This document shows positions 63,020-64,000 of a stretch of DNA of 64,000 nucleotides, one piece after another. The position numbers and the translations under genes were made by a program. Location: NCBI GenBank assembly GCA_029257695.1, contig JARIAU010000059.1, positions 152 through 64,151 of the forward strand. The letters are read 5' to 3'. The DNA is from Oscillospiraceae bacterium. Lineage in GTDB: Bacteria > Bacillota > Clostridia > Oscillospirales > Oscillospiraceae. Under the pieces are notes generated by a model that saw nothing but the letters and a program-made list of their open reading frames with translations, was not told the origin of the DNA and searched no databases. The stretch's first letter is position 1. Every line of letters starts with the position of its first letter.

Positions 63020-64000
63020 TCAGTGCAGCGGCTTGCGGGCAACCAAAATGTCACGCAGAATCGCTTGGTCAACCCGATGCTCAAAGGCCCCGTAGGGGCC
63101 GTTCTGCAAGACCTCAAACCCTGCCTGCTCCAGCAAAGCGGCAAAGGATTCTTTGGGAAAAACGAAGGTGTTCCAGGCCAGAACCAACACGCCACCGGGT
63201 TTAAGCACCGTATTCCAAGCGGGGAGACAGGCCTGTACCAGATCTTTGGGACTCCGGCGCAGCGCAGGCTGCTTGCGGTCGCCGGACACATTGCCGTGCT
63301 GGACACCGTAAGGCAGATCGCCTACCAGCACATGAAAGTGCTGCTTGGGGAAGAACAGATCGGCATGCATCGAGTTTCCGGAAACCAGTTCCCAGTGCTG
63401 CTCCTGATGGCGCTTGAAGTCCTCCTTGTTTCGGGCCAAATCAATGGCATAGTGCTTGGCGGTGAAGGATTTGTTGGGGCCGCTCTGCTTTTGCTGCCGG
63501 GTTACATGCTTGATGCGTTCCAGCTCCAGATATTTCTTCAGGTAGTGATAGCCGTCGGAAGCCGAGGATTCGTTGATCTCCACACCGCAGCAGTCATACC
63601 CCATGGACAGACCTTCCAGCAGGGTGGTACCCTTGCCGGCAATGGGGTCCAGCAGCCGGATACGCTCCGGTTTGGTGAAGGTGCCGGAGGATACGGCCAC
63701 ATTGATCATCATTCGGGTGAACAGTTCGTTGGTCTTTCCGGTGTATTTCAGCAGGCTGCTGATGCTTAGGTCAGTTAAATTGACATGCGGAATTGCAATC
63801 GGACGCAGACAATCATGCTCCACCTGATACAAAGCAAAGACGAAGGAAAGACGGGCGATTTGTTCCAAATCCCGGTCGGACAGGACCTTGCACGCAGAAA
63901 AACGCAGATAGTAAACCCCGGCTATGTGTTCGCCGTGGATGTCTGTGGGCGCACAGTCCATGGATTGGGCCACAATGGAAAATTCAGCCGCAGAGAGCTG
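63020..64000 (-). CDS. SAM-dependent methyltransferase with DPPY-like motif (RNA m2G / N6-adenine type); probably truncated by the window edge
   Basis: Motif I LLDPIAGKGTTLLEG. Motif IV VGDLPYG. The frame stays open upstream of the GTG at 63973 to position 64000. Confidence 0.6.
   Translation of the reverse strand, partial: QLSAAEFSIVAQSMDCAPTDIHGEHIAGVYYLRFSACKVLSDRDLEQIARLSFVFALYQVEHDCLRPIAIPHVNLTDLSISSLLKYTGKTNELFTRMMINVAVSSGTFTKPERIRLLDPIAGKGTTLLEGLSMGYDCCGVEINESSASDGYHYLKKYLELERIKHVTRQQKQSGPNKSFTAKHYAIDLARNKEDFKRHQEQHWELVSGNSMHADLFFPKQHFHVLVGDLPYGVQHGNVSGDRKQPALRRSPKDLVQACLPAWNTVLKPGGVLVLAWNTFVFPKESFAALLEQAGFEVLQNGPYGAFEHRVDQAILRDILVARKPLH

Noticed and set aside
1-64000. CRISPR arrays, insertion sequences, integrases, prophage or defence-island genes
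   Set aside because: No regularly spaced direct repeats were found. No transposase, recombinase or phage-like ORF appears in any frame. No terminal inverted repeats flank any block. The only compositional anomalies are short regulatory regions and the AraC-like gene.

Overview
This looks like a high-GC Firmicutes/Clostridia-type chromosomal segment. That placement is an inference from sigma-A promoters with extended -10 boxes, GGAGG ribosome-binding sites, an ECF-type ThiT, a clostridial 2x[4Fe-4S] ferredoxin and Cheo-type LexA boxes. I count about 50 protein genes, mostly on the minus strand, plus two tRNA-Arg genes, one TPP riboswitch and many clean intrinsic terminators. I saw no CRISPR array, transposase, integrase or phage gene. 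Gene order: TPP riboswitch-thiT, HAD phosphatase, GNAT, niaR, YheO-like regulator + pepV, cinA, ferredoxin, giant M14 lipoprotein peptidase, murE-dapF, tetR + putP, GNAT + ElbB-like, membrane-anchored S15 peptidase, clpC, OmpR-type two-component system, icd, a BcrAD/BadFG double activase + dehydratase-like pair, M16 peptidase-pnp-rpsO, a small tail-anchored protein, a SecB-like protein, LTA-synthase-like gene, a 4-gene ECF-sigma operon, licD, glpK, MATE/cytidylate-kinase-like/MATE, CDF transporter, VanRS-like system + C39-like peptidase + methyltransferase, tRNA-Arg(CCG)-argS, a tandem-HTH AraC regulator, yfcC-arcB-arcA (arginine deiminase cluster), AlaX-like editing protein, tRNA-Arg(ACG), and a truncated methyltransferase. 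Items most worth follow-up: (1) a near-consensus promoter carrying two LexA boxes upstream of an uncharacterised tail-anchored protein, a candidate SOS-induced membrane effector; (2) an unassigned GC-rich structured non-coding region upstream of the orphan activase/dehydratase-like operon; (3) a VanRS-like system wired to a peptidase/methyltransferase pair through phased direct repeats; (4) an AraC regulator with two complete DNA-binding domains beside an arcC-less arginine deiminase cluster; (5) an orphan SecB-like gene. The many very long ORFs antisense to real genes are treated as GC-composition artefacts. All calls come from reading the sequence and recalled family motifs. No database search was run.
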